Shown here piece after piece: positions 53,826 through 64,000 of a DNA stretch of 64,000 nt; the stretch's first letter is position 1, and every line of letters begins with the position of its first letter. The notes beneath the pieces are model-generated. The model was not told the DNA's origin. It searched no databases and worked only from the letters and a program-made list of their open reading frames with translations. The translations under genes and the position numbers were made by a program. The DNA comes from Macrostomum lignano. Taxonomy: Eukaryota. The stretch is from the NCBI GenBank assembly GCA_002269645.1, contig NIVC01002189.1, forward strand, positions 124,001-188,000, in the 5' to 3' direction.

Positions 53826-55247
53826 CACTTAGCGGCTGAACCTGTGCGTACAAAGGAAAAAGGAAAACAGAAATCTATGTCGATGTCCTAATAAATTCTT
53901 CATTGCAAATGAAATTATGGTGTGTAACTAAAATGTGAGCGTGTAGTTTGTCCCAACAGTGCCGTCTATTTAGTCATTCAGATGAACTTTACATCTCACT
54001 GTCCCAATAGCCCTGCACAAATTCACTCTCTCACTCTAGCTGTCTGCAGACTTGTTTGTTCCAATAAGCCCCTAGAAAGCAAAACACATTCCGATTCAGT
54101 TCCAGTTATGGAATGTGCAAGTTTCTGAGATTCTTTTTTTTGCCATCTTCCCAACCAAATCTTCCATAGAGAGCATTTTTGCTGCTGGCTTTACTCTGTT
54201 TGTCTTTGCAATATGCTCTTCGCGGTCTAGAACATTCTCATTTTTCATATTGTCCGAATAGAATAATTTAAAATTGGCCAAGCGCTCAATAAGTATTGTT
54301 TTTGGCTCCGCGCATGGCTGTGGCGCTGCAGCGATTTGGATGTGCCCAAAATGCTACTTGCGAAACCGATGTCAATTTCATTCAATAAACAACTATTTTG
54401 CTTCTCGTAGTGGGCTGCTTCTAAATTTTTACCATGCACAAAAATATCCACATATACATGTAATATGACTTACTTGACAATAAAGGCAATTCGCTTGATA
54501 GAAGAAAACGATTGCTGAGCAAATTTACATGTACATATATCTGGAATTGTAAAAATACATTTTAAGCTTGATTAGTTAAGTTTAGTTAAGTTAAGTTTAT
54601 GAATCCTAAAAAGGATCTTTAAATTCAACTTACATATTTGTAATGGTTCCTACGCTCGTATAGCCAAGTTTCCATGGAAAGAGGTCATGGAACTCTTGTG
54701 CCTTGGGCACATTTCGCCTGTGTAGGGCAGGCCTCGTAAATGAACTACATTCTTTTACCATATGCAGGATGCTGTTTGCCAAAGCGAACTTCTACCATTC
54801 TATTAAGATTTCGGGCCCGTTCTATAAAGCCATTGTAAGATAAGATCGTTCTTAGCTCCTATGGGCCCGTTCTATAAAGCTTGCGTATCCTTAAGTTCGA
54901 ACTTACGTTCGTACCGTGTCGTAAAATGTTCGGTGAAACCATCGTATCTTAAGACCGTTCTTAGATTTAAGAAGCTTCTTAAGTCATCGGGCACGCGTAA
55001 ATTTGCGTTCGGTGAAACTTTCGTAAGTCACTTCGGCTTCTTAAGTTCCGCCGTAAATCTAAGACAGGTCGGACCTGTCGTAAGTCACTCTTTAGTTGTG
55101 AAAATGCACAGCGCCGACTTCATTCAGACAAAAAAATTGCATTTAAGTTTAAAGCATGTAAGTTTAAAGACTGAAAAAATCAAACAATAGCGAAATTTGT
55201 TAATTTGAAGTTTGAGTAGCAAGAAACACAAATTTTGTTTAAGTAAG

Positions 55248-56285
55248 TCACGGTGGGAGTAGCTCAATGATCCGCTGCCTTTCTGCTCGACCAGCAGCGG
55301 TGTCTTCAGCCAGTGCGGCTTCATTTTCAGCAGTTGCTTCCATGGCTAGCGGCTGATGTTCAGGTGGAAGTGGAACGGCTCTGGCCACGGCGAAATTGTG
55401 GAGCACGCAGCATGCAACAATGATGTTGCACACTTTACTCGGATTGAATTGTAAAGCTCCTCCGCTGTGATCGAGGCATCGAAATCTTGCTTTCAAAACA
55501 CCAAAAGCCCTCTCGATTGTTACGCGCGTTTTGCTTAGTCGCCGGTTGAAATTTTGCTCGGAATTTGTTTGTGGATCCCTAAATGGCGTCATCAGAAACG
55601 GTCGGAGTGGGTAGCCCGCATCTCCAACCAAGAAGCCAGCGACCTTCCCATCCGCGAGGAGATCTTTCAGTGCAGATTGTTGAAAAATGAAGGAGTCGTG
55701 GCTACTGCCAGGCCAACGTGCGACAACGTTTGTAAATGCGAGATTGGCACTACATACGGCCTGAACATTAATCGAGTGAAATCCTTTTCGATTAATGAAG
55801 ATTCCACCGTCATCGGTAGGGCGCCGGATGCGGATGTGCGTGCAGTCTATGGCTCCGAGCACCTGAGGCATTCCGGCAATTTAAAAAAATGCACGTGCTG
55901 ATGCTGCTGCTGCTTGCTGATTGCTTGGAAACGAAATGCAAATGGGTGCCATGTCCTGAAGTAGCAGGCAACCTCCAGTCACAACTCCGGACACCGTGAC
56001 GCAGCTACAGTTGAAAACGTCCCCAATGACTTTGAGAAAGCTGCCTGTTGCAAAAAATCGGAGGGCAAGGCAAACCTGCAGTTCGACGGAAATAGCTCTG
56101 TTGCGACGCGTCTGACGTTGTAGTTGCGGCCGCAGCAACTCAATGAGCTCCAGCAAAAGTTGACGTGGCAGCCGGTACCGCTCGAAAATTTCCCGATTAC
56201 TGAAGTCGAGAGGGTCAAGTCTGTCTCGAAACCTTCTCTCAGTTCTCAAAGCATGCTGAGCGAATGCGATGTCCAAAAAATTCAT
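55248..56285 (-). pseudogene. Harbinger DDE nuclease (HARBI1-like) with one in-frame TAA at 55883-55881
   Basis: LALRFFATGSF...GAIDCTHI...LVGDAGYPL...IERAFGVLKARFRCL; the two track ORFs are in the same frame. Confidence 0.9.
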
Positions 56286-56689
56286 TCTCGGATCTGACTT
56301 TGGCAATTGCAAGTGAGTTAGCAATCCGATGGGGAATTTCAGCGCTAAGTTCTTGAAGCATAAGTTGCTTCAAATAGATAATTAGATAATAGATTTTATT
56401 GGTTAATTAAGTAAGTTTTAAGAGGGCCCGGGGCTGGTGTCAAACCACTCTAATTATCCTTAACTTTATGTCCCCTATACTGTGTGACTGGCTGACCGTC
56501 TTATCAGGCCGACCTGATAATTGCTCCTCAAATATACGTTCGCATCACATAATTGATTTTGCCGTCGAAGGGTTGCAAACAGCCTTGACCAATCGACATT
56601 TAAGTAGAGTGGCAATTACGCTCGTATAGCTCGTATAACAGCATAAAGAGAAGCTGATACGGTCGAAAGTGCCAAATAATTGGAATGCA

Positions 56690-57473
56690 ATGAATTCTTA
56701 CGCAGCACAAAAACGCGCGGCGAACTGGTCAACGGCGGAACTGGAGACGCTGCAAGAAGCAACGACCGAACGGAAAAGTTACCTGGAGAGCCCCAAGCGA
56801 ATTTTCGCAAGAAACGCGGATGGCAGCAAATTGCCGATATCGTGAATGCAGTCGGTGGACAAGGACGTTCTGGAGAGAACTGCCGAAAGCGGTGGTCCGA
56901 CTTCAAGAGTCAACTGAAGCACAAAGTAGCCAGCATCCGCAAGGAGCAAGCTAAGACGGGAGGCGGTCCATCGCAGGCCCCACAGCTGTCGAGTTTAGAG
57001 GAGAAGGCGGCGCAGTCCATCCGAAAACAGGTCGTGGAAGGCGTGCCACGTGGTGTTGACACGCTGCAGCTGCCTAAATCCAATAGTGCAGCATCAAGCT
57101 TGGCGGCCAAGTACATTGATATCGCAAGTGCGCCTGCTGATGAATTTTCCGAAGCTGTTGGCAGAAGCACATCGCCTGAGTACGAGACAGCTGACGACGA
57201 AAAAAGTGAAGAGTCTGTTGCTAACCCCGCTGCCAAGAACACGAAGCGTCAGCGAAAGCAGAGCAAACTTGGGCTGATCGAAAGCTTAGAAATAAAACGT
57301 CTTCGGGTGGAGGAAGCTCGATTGGAAGTTGAAAACGACAGATTGTTTGTCGAGAGAGAGAGAGGCTGAAGATCGAGACGGAACGTCTACGCGTTGAGCA
57401 GGAAAGACTGACGATAGAAAATAAAAATCGAGGCAATGAGAGCAGTCAACAGCTTAATTTTAATGACATGTGA
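56690..57473 (+). pseudogene. Harbinger Myb/SANT-like DNA-binding protein with two frameshifts
   Basis: MNSYAAQKRAANWSTAELETL..[fs ~56790]..WQQIADIVNAVG..RSGENCRKRWSDFK..[fs in (GA)n ~57360]..coiled coil. Confidence 0.85.
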
Positions 57474-59204
57474 TGCGTCAAAATGGCACTAGGAACGTAA
57501 TTAAGGAATTCTCTAGGCCTTATTTGTATATGCGAATGAATAAGGCACCCTTGTTTGAATGTTTTTTAATGTGCCTAAATACAACAGTGGAATCGACCTG
57601 TGTCAAAATGGTCATAGCTCATATTGCTTGTAATGGTAATGGATAAATGAGCTTAATTTTGTCTTACTTTAATTTAAGAGTGCAACGTGTTTTTTACGAG
57701 CTAAGTTCCAATTACGGTAAAATCAGTTCCAAAAAGACCACTGGCAGAGGAAAAAGTCAGGCATGAATTCTTAAGTTTGATCGCAGCTACTGCGTAAGTT
57801 ATGACGCATCTGCGAAAGTTTCACCGAACGCACTTAAGAACGTTCTGAGACGGTTCTCAACTCTCGTGCGTAAGTTGGATCGTACGACAGAACTTACGAA
57901 AGTTTTATAGAACGGGCCCTATGTCCGCAGTGTAGAAGTTCCGACGTACGATCAAACTTATGCTACGACAGCTTTATAGTACGACCCCTTTGTATGCCTC
58001 TCGTAGGCTCCAATCTTAGCTCTACCTCCTCCGTAGGCCTCCGCCTCAGTGTTAAGGTGAAACTCCACCCCCTTGCGCCCGCCTCTCCTCCTCCGCGCGC
58101 TTCCCCTCCGCCTGGATAGGAATGTACACAATTGGCCCGGGGGAAGGAATTTCTTGGGTCTTGTACACGCTTGTCCTAATACTTCTGAATATATGCACAC
58201 GGGTTTTATCTTTACGATCGAATGAGAAAGAACTGTTTTCCAGAGAGGGCTGTACAACTTTAAGTGGTCTAAGATACTATGTTGGAGGGTAATAGACTAA
58301 CGCGACAATCTGGTTCTGTTAAGAGTACTCGTGCGCTAGTTAGTTTATGGCCAACAAATCGCCTTTGACCTTACAGTGACAGGCTAAAATGAGCTAGCAG
58401 TCCATGCAGTGATCTAAGTCTCATTGTTTCTCAGTACATCAAATCACTATACCAAATAATAACTCTATGGAATATTTTGCAAATATGCTCGTAATACGAG
58501 CGTATAGCTAACCACAAACTCAGGCCAATTAAGAAGCCTTAGAGAACACGCTTCCTTTTAGTAACGTGGAATAACGTACTTTAACTACTATATAATAAAA
58601 TCAACGATACTTGTTGGGGGAAAGCAAAGTTTTTCTTTGTCTTGCTAACACATTTCATATTTGAAAATAGGATTTTGAATCTTTATAGAATTATTTTTTA
58701 TATCCGAAATTCAGAAAATACGCTGTCAAATACCATTGGATCCTTAGAGCGTCGATTAGCAGCTCTGTGGTGTACATACTTTGTTACTTTTACTAGAACT
58801 TCCACTATAATTGTAAGAAACATTGTAAAAGAGCGTGAATTCCTATTGTGACCCAATAGTTATGTTGGGTCAAAAGAAAATTTTCGCATAATTTTTTACC
58901 CTCTTGGGACGCTACAAATCATTACATAGCTCGTGTTTGATTTAAAATATGAAAAAATGACCTTGATTTTTGAAAAGAGAATTGAAAGACGGTTCCAATG
59001 AATATTTTTTCATTTCTAAGGCTTTCATTTTTTGGTGTGTTGGGACGCACTTGTTGGGCCTGGCCCAACACTTTTTTGGTCCTAATAGCACGGGTCACTT
59101 TATACACGCACACACACACACACACTGATTTTTGGCCTGACGAAGAGAACGGAGGCTTGAAACCGGTAGACTATATTCGAAAAAAATTTTTAACACGCCG
59201 TGAC

Positions 59205-59206
59205 CT

Positions 59207-59283
<77 letters not shown>

Positions 59284-59285
59284 AC
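59205..59285. repeat. (TC)n microsatellite
   Basis: Directly visible. Confidence 0.95.
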
Positions 59286-59639
59286 CTCTTTCCCCACCTC
59301 TGTAGACGCTCATAGAGCTGTTGTTCACGACCAGCTTGTGAAAGACCTCTCGCTGAGCTAGCTCTGGTTTGAGCTGTTTGGTTGTAAAATTGCATGCGCT
59401 TTCCATGACGAGCGAGCGACGTGGCGCAGAGGGCGGCGCGCAGATGAATAAGCTGGTGAGCAAACCCCCCACCCCACGTAGGGGTACAGAGGACAGCGCA
59501 CAAAAGCGCACAATGTACAGCGCGAGGAGGGGTGGATGGCTAACACCCATTTCACTCCAGGCTCACAAAGGAGCCCTAAGAGAAATGGAGGCATTGGCTC
59601 GGATATGAATACATACAAGTCTATATAAATTCGTCTCCC

Positions 59640-59740
59640 TTTGGCGCCCCAGACACTCATTTTGCGCCTCAGACACACATTTTTGCGCCTCAGACACATA
59701 TTTTTGCGCCTCAGACACTCATTTTGGCGCCTCAGGCATT
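59640..59740. repeat. ~21-bp tandem repeat (tttgcgcctcagacacacat, ~5 copies)
   Basis: Directly visible. Confidence 0.8.
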
Positions 59741-60099
59741 CAGGCAATTAAGGTAGGGCGGAGGGACAAAGCATTGGCATTTCCCCCTTGGTGGCGACGT
59801 GTCTGTTATTTTTTATGCGTAAAAGACGGAAATGCATAACATGGATGGGTGTACATACACTCAGCAACATGTTAGTTTCCACCCCAGTGTTGTCAACAAG
59901 TAGGCAGCTTTAACCCAACTCTAGCCATCACTCTCCACTCCTCACCAGCCTAAGCTGGGGCCTTGTCCGCGAATTGCATCACCCGACAGTTAAAACGAGA
60001 ACCGCTGGGTGTTGCGAATTGCGTCACTCGGGGCTGAGATCTGGGAAAAATTGGCCACTGGTTTTTTAGAGTGGAAACTTTGGAGTGGAAATGCAATGC

Positions 60100-60690
60100 T
60101 CTTTGCTATCTCATCTAGCTTATTAGTGATAAACGGCCGTTTGGGATAGCAATCGGCCGATAGCCGATCGGCAGGGCAGAGACAGGGCTTGGTGAGGCTC
60201 ACTATGCAATCGACTGACGGATGCTTTACACGAACTTTATACCGCCTCCATTTCAGGCGTCTGAGCGTAGCCGAGAACAAGCTGCTCCCCCCAGCCAACT
60301 CAGACTGTGTGAGCACAGAAAAAAGCGATAATTGAACAGAGCGTTGGAATCGAGCCCAAGGGCTGCCTAAAGACCAGACAAAAGAGGCAGCTCGATGACA
60401 AAGCAAGAGCTGTTCTTTCGAACACTACTTGTATTCGGTGTCGTCTTTGTAAGTCACAGCTGTTACTTTTTACCTCATTTCGGACTTTGGTGTCTGTCTA
60501 AGCATTAATTGTTAATCATTGAGTGTAAGTCAGAGCAAGCACAAAGCAAATGCAATCCTCTGAAGCTCTCACGAGGCACAGGAGATGAAAAGTTACGAAG
60601 ATTTTGTTCCGACCTTCCAATTAACATCTGCTTCTCTGCATGTTGTGGAGCGGCGAAAAGCACAATATTAAAAGTGCACATTTAGCTTAG
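60100..60690. repeat. Paralogous upstream block, homologous to 26600-27380
   Basis: Collinear match. Confidence 0.75.
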
Positions 60691-61010
60691 TTTGTTACGT
60701 TAAATATATTTATATATATTCGGAAACGGAAACTGCCGAGTGTAGTTGATATAGGAGCCAAAAAGGTTATTCAACTTAACAATTATATTTGCTAACTAAC
60801 TAAATAAATCTTAAATTCTTTCTTCCACCGATATTTAGCAACTTATTACAGCATTGATTAATTACTCTGACGTACAAGGCTGTAGGGTAGGCACAAAACC
60901 AAAAACAAAACACAAGGCTAGCGCGGACTCGCTACGAGCACGTAGTTTAGACTAGAGTCTTAAGGCCGGCTCACATTACCGCTACCAATGTACAGTTGGT
61001 TGGCATGCCT

Positions 61011-61520
61011 AGTCTATGGTAGCTGTTGCTAGCTGGAGCTATTCTGCATAGTCTATGGTAGCTGTTGCTAGCTGGAGCTATTCTGCATAGTCTATGGTAG
61101 CTGCTGCTAGCTGGTGCTATTCGGCATAGTCTATGGTAGCTGCTGCTAGCTGGTGCTATTCGGCATAGTCTATGGTAGCTGCTGCTAGCTGGTGCTATTC
61201 TGCATAGTCTATGGTAGCTGCTGCTAGCTGGTGCTATTCGGCATAGTCTATGGTAGCTGCTGCTAGCTGGTGCTATTCTGCATAGTCTATGGTAGCTGCT
61301 GCTAGCTGGTGCTATTCTGCATAGTCTATGGTAGCTGCTGCTAGCTGGTGCTATTCGGCATAGTCTATGGTAGCTGCTGCTAGCTGGTGCTATTCTGCAT
61401 AGTCTATGGTAGCTGCTGCTAGCTGGTGCTATTCTGCATAGTCTATGGTAGCTGCTGCTAGCTGGTGCTATTCGGCATAGTCTATGGTAGCTGCTGCTAG
61501 CTGGTGCTATTCTGCATAGT
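61011..61520. repeat. 39-bp minisatellite (~13 copies), paralogue of the 44-bp array
   Basis: agtctatggtagctgctgctagctggtgctattctgcat tandem. Confidence 0.95.
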
Positions 61521-61573
61521 CTGCTCGTACTGCATAATTTCTCAAAGCAGCGATTTTCTCCCGACTATCTAGG

Positions 61574-61905
61574 TAGGGATCGGCAAACTATTTTACCTTA
61601 AGGGCCAGATAGAGAACCTTGCACCGGCCCAGAAGAGGAGGAGAGAGGAGAGAGGAGAGAAGAGAGAAGAGAGAAGAGAGAAGAGAGAAGAGAGAAGAGA
61701 GAAGAGAGAAGAGAGAAGAGAGAAGAGAGAAGAGAGAAGAGAGGAGAGAGAAGAGAGAAGAGAGGAGAGAGAAGAGAGAAGAGAGGAGAGAGAAGAGAGA
61801 AGAGAGAAGAGAGAAGAGAGAAGAGAGGAGAGAGGACAGAGAAGAGAGCAGAGAGGACAGAGAAGAGAGCAGTGAGGAGAAAAAGAATGTTTAGCGATTT
61901 TCTAG
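61574..61905 (+). mobile_element. hAT/Charlie-like element with GA-rich core
   Basis: Left end tagggatcggcaaactattttaccttaagggccagatag, core ~61630-61885; right end weak. Confidence 0.5.
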
Positions 61906-62360
61906 ACACCTGTTATCTTATGCCTTCAGACAGTGGAGGAAAAAACGACAGCACCGAAGATGCTTTTTGTCGTCACATTTTAGATATAAAACCAGCAGTG
62001 CCTCTTTGGGCCTCAAGATCGTGTGCGTTCTCTACAACTTCATCCCCTGCCACCGATGGTGTTGGATACCGCTTAGTTAGCGGGTTTACACAACAGCGCA
62101 TGCAATCAAATCAGAAATAGACCTGCCCATTACTACGGGGCGAGGGTTAGGTGGTTAGCTGGTCGGGGTTGGCCATCAGTCCCGGACGTGCCAGCTGCTC
62201 CTCTCAAGGAGCGGCCTCCGCGCCGGGCTCATTTAGAATCCTCCGGCCGGCCGTGTCGGCCTGTCAACCGTCTGGGTCAACTTTCCGCCTCGCCTTTGAG
62301 TCTAAAATGAATGGGAACTGCTGTAGCCTTTCCATGCGCTGCTTGTACTATTGTAGACCC

Positions 62361-63652
62361 TATGAGCTGCATAGAATGCCGCCATATTTCCGAAGTGCGG
62401 CTGCGCCTAAAACGCGTAATTTGCATTTTTTCGATGTAGCATAAGAGTTTACGGTCCCACGCGCATGTTCTTCAGTGTTTCAAATAAAAAGGAGAGACAG
62501 TGGAGGCGCTCGCTTCACTTTTCTCTCGCCCGCATTTGCGGGCCTAAAGGCATGGCCACTGACCGTGCTTCGAGTTCAATTCTTTGTTATCCGACGTGAG
62601 CAGAAGGTGCAGGCAGGACGCAAAATCCTACCTGTTACAATGGTTCCCTGACCTCGTGAGTCTGCTGGACGAAATTCCTGTCACGAAGGATAACAGAGGG
62701 TTGAATAGAAGCCAGTTGACGGACAGCACAACATCAACAAATCAGGATCCGGCGACCAGAGGACATCTTGCGTCGTTGGTGTGCTTGACGGCATTAAGTC
62801 GGAACGGTGGTTCAGTTCAACTGCCACCACGGTGCAGCCGCAGCCCCAGCTGACGCGTGTTCAACAGCCGTTCGGATGGATCGACAAGAAGAGTCAGCCC
62901 CGACGTCACTGTCTCGGCGACCGGCATGCAGATCAATTTTCCTGCCCTGAGAGGCGATCCGTCTCAAAAGCGGAGCAGTGTTTCGGTCCAAAGGCCAAGA
63001 GTCGTCTCTCCACAGCAAGAAGTCTGTGAGGGAAATTTGCGGTGCATCCGGAAAGAAGACCGGAGCACGATCGATGCATGCAATGGACATGCCAGTCAAG
63101 CTACTTAAGATAGCTCACGAGGACTGCATGCCCGCGTTTCCGAGGTGGCGGACTTCGATGCTGACCCCCTTAGAGCAGCGCGTATTGAGGAATGGTGCGA
63201 CCCGGCTGGAGGAGTTCAACATTACTATACTAATGGCTGGTATTTTCAAGTACGGTTCAACTTTCAACAATACTTCGGGGTGTCGAAGTTTTTTGAACCA
63301 CGGAGGGATATGAGCTGCATAAAATGCCGCCATATTTCCGAAGCGCGACTGCGCCTAAAACTTGCTGCGTAATCTGCATTTTTTCTATGTCCCCCACAAG
63401 AGTTGTGGGGCATAAGAGTTTACGTTAACACGCGCAAGTTCTTCAGTGTTTCAAATAAAAAGGAGAGACAGTGGAGGCGCTCGCTTCACTTTTCTCTCGC
63501 CCGCATTTGCGGGCCTAAAGGCATGGCCATTGCCTCGGCTGGGCTGTAGACCGCAGCAGCCTGGGCCCAGAAATACCGTGCTTCGAGTTCAATTCTTTGT
63601 TATCCGACGTGAGCAGAAGGTGCAGGCCGGACGCAAAATCCTACCTGTTACA
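62361..63652 (+). mobile_element. Non-autonomous LTR retrotransposon (TRIM-like), 1292 bp
   Basis: LTRs 62361-62639 and 63309-63652; 5-bp TSD GACCC on both sides; PBS TGGTTCCCTGACC (62641-62653, tRNA-Glu 3' end); PPT GGAGGGA (63302-63308). Confidence 0.88.
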
Positions 63653-63851
63653 GACCCTGCCTGTTTACCCAGCTCTATTGTTCTAGCTTAATTTCTAAGC
63701 CCTGAGGGAGAGAGGAGAAGCAGGGGAGAAAAAGAGAGGAGAGGAGAGGAGAGAGAAAAGGTAGAGCGGAGGTGAGAGAGAACATAACTGAGAAGCGAAT
63801 TCCGCAATCTGTACTTCTATACTTCTCACCTCGACTTCCGCAATCTCCCAG

Positions 63852-64000
63852 GCCGCATGGAAAACTGTCGGCTGGTACTGGTCCGGCAGTCAGAAAATGT
63901 CCAGGTCAGTTATTTTGAATCAAGTGCCTTCTGTTGTGCAGCGGCTGCTGAACCGTGAGCCAAAGAAGCCGCCAACACAGCAGGCTTTGAATCTGTCTCC
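63852..64000 (+). CDS. Third, diverged GT32 paralogue, start of exon A (partial)
   Basis: Conserved acceptor ...gcaatctcccAG then open frame AAWKTVGWYWSGSQKMSRSVILNQVPSVVQRLLNREPKKPPTQQALNLS, homologous to copies 1 and 2. Confidence 0.7.

Larger units (their letters stand above)
54863..57919. mobile_element. PIF/Harbinger transposon, full length 3057 bp
   Basis: 16-bp TIR GGGCCCGTTCTATAAA, 3-bp TSD TAT/TAT, two divergent genes (DDE nuclease and Myb/SANT-like). Confidence 0.95.
54813..57988. mobile_element. Small Harbinger-type MITE (~120 bp of its own sequence) interrupted by the autonomous-type Harbinger
   Basis: Outer TIRs GGGCCCGTTCTATAAAGC (54813) and GCTTTATAGTACGACCCC (57971-57988); flanks ttc/ttt. 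Confidence 0.6.

Noticed and set aside
54096-54468. Short ORFs upstream of the Harbinger and at 57958-58257
   Set aside because: No recognisable motif or splice structure.

Overview
Eukaryotic (metazoan-type) genomic DNA rich in transposons and tandem repeats. The taxon cannot be determined from sequence alone; an invertebrate such as a free-living flatworm is only a guess. No rRNA, tRNA or CRISPR array is supportable. Host genes: (1) a RhoA/Rho1 GTPase on the minus strand (exons 2271-2426, 918-1215, 1-30, continuing past the window edge) with minisatellite-filled introns; (2) an inositol polyphosphate multikinase (IPMK)-like gene on the minus strand (15846-16909, one apparent 1-nt frameshift); (3) three paralogues of a GT32/DXD glycosyltransferase resembling fungal SUR1/CSH1. 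Two of these lie in a recent ~6.4-kb segmental duplication (28447-34788 and 41341-47740) and an older third starts at 63852. Mobile DNA: a complete 3057-bp PIF/Harbinger nested in a related MITE, a DD34D mariner with nested inserts, RTE LINE fragments with (TTG)n tails and TSDs, R1/LOA-like RNase-H LINEs with AGTC-type tails, Helitron-like repeats, several MITEs, and a hAT-like family with polypurine cores. Best leads: a 1292-bp TRIM-like non-autonomous LTR element (62361-63652) with a tRNA-Glu PBS, PPT, 5-bp TSD and TA..CA termini; a head-to-tail LINE array joined by a (TCAG)n tail; a sharp CpG/GC3 step inside RhoA; and a templated insertion at the duplication junction. Coordinates were read by eye and may be off by a few bases.
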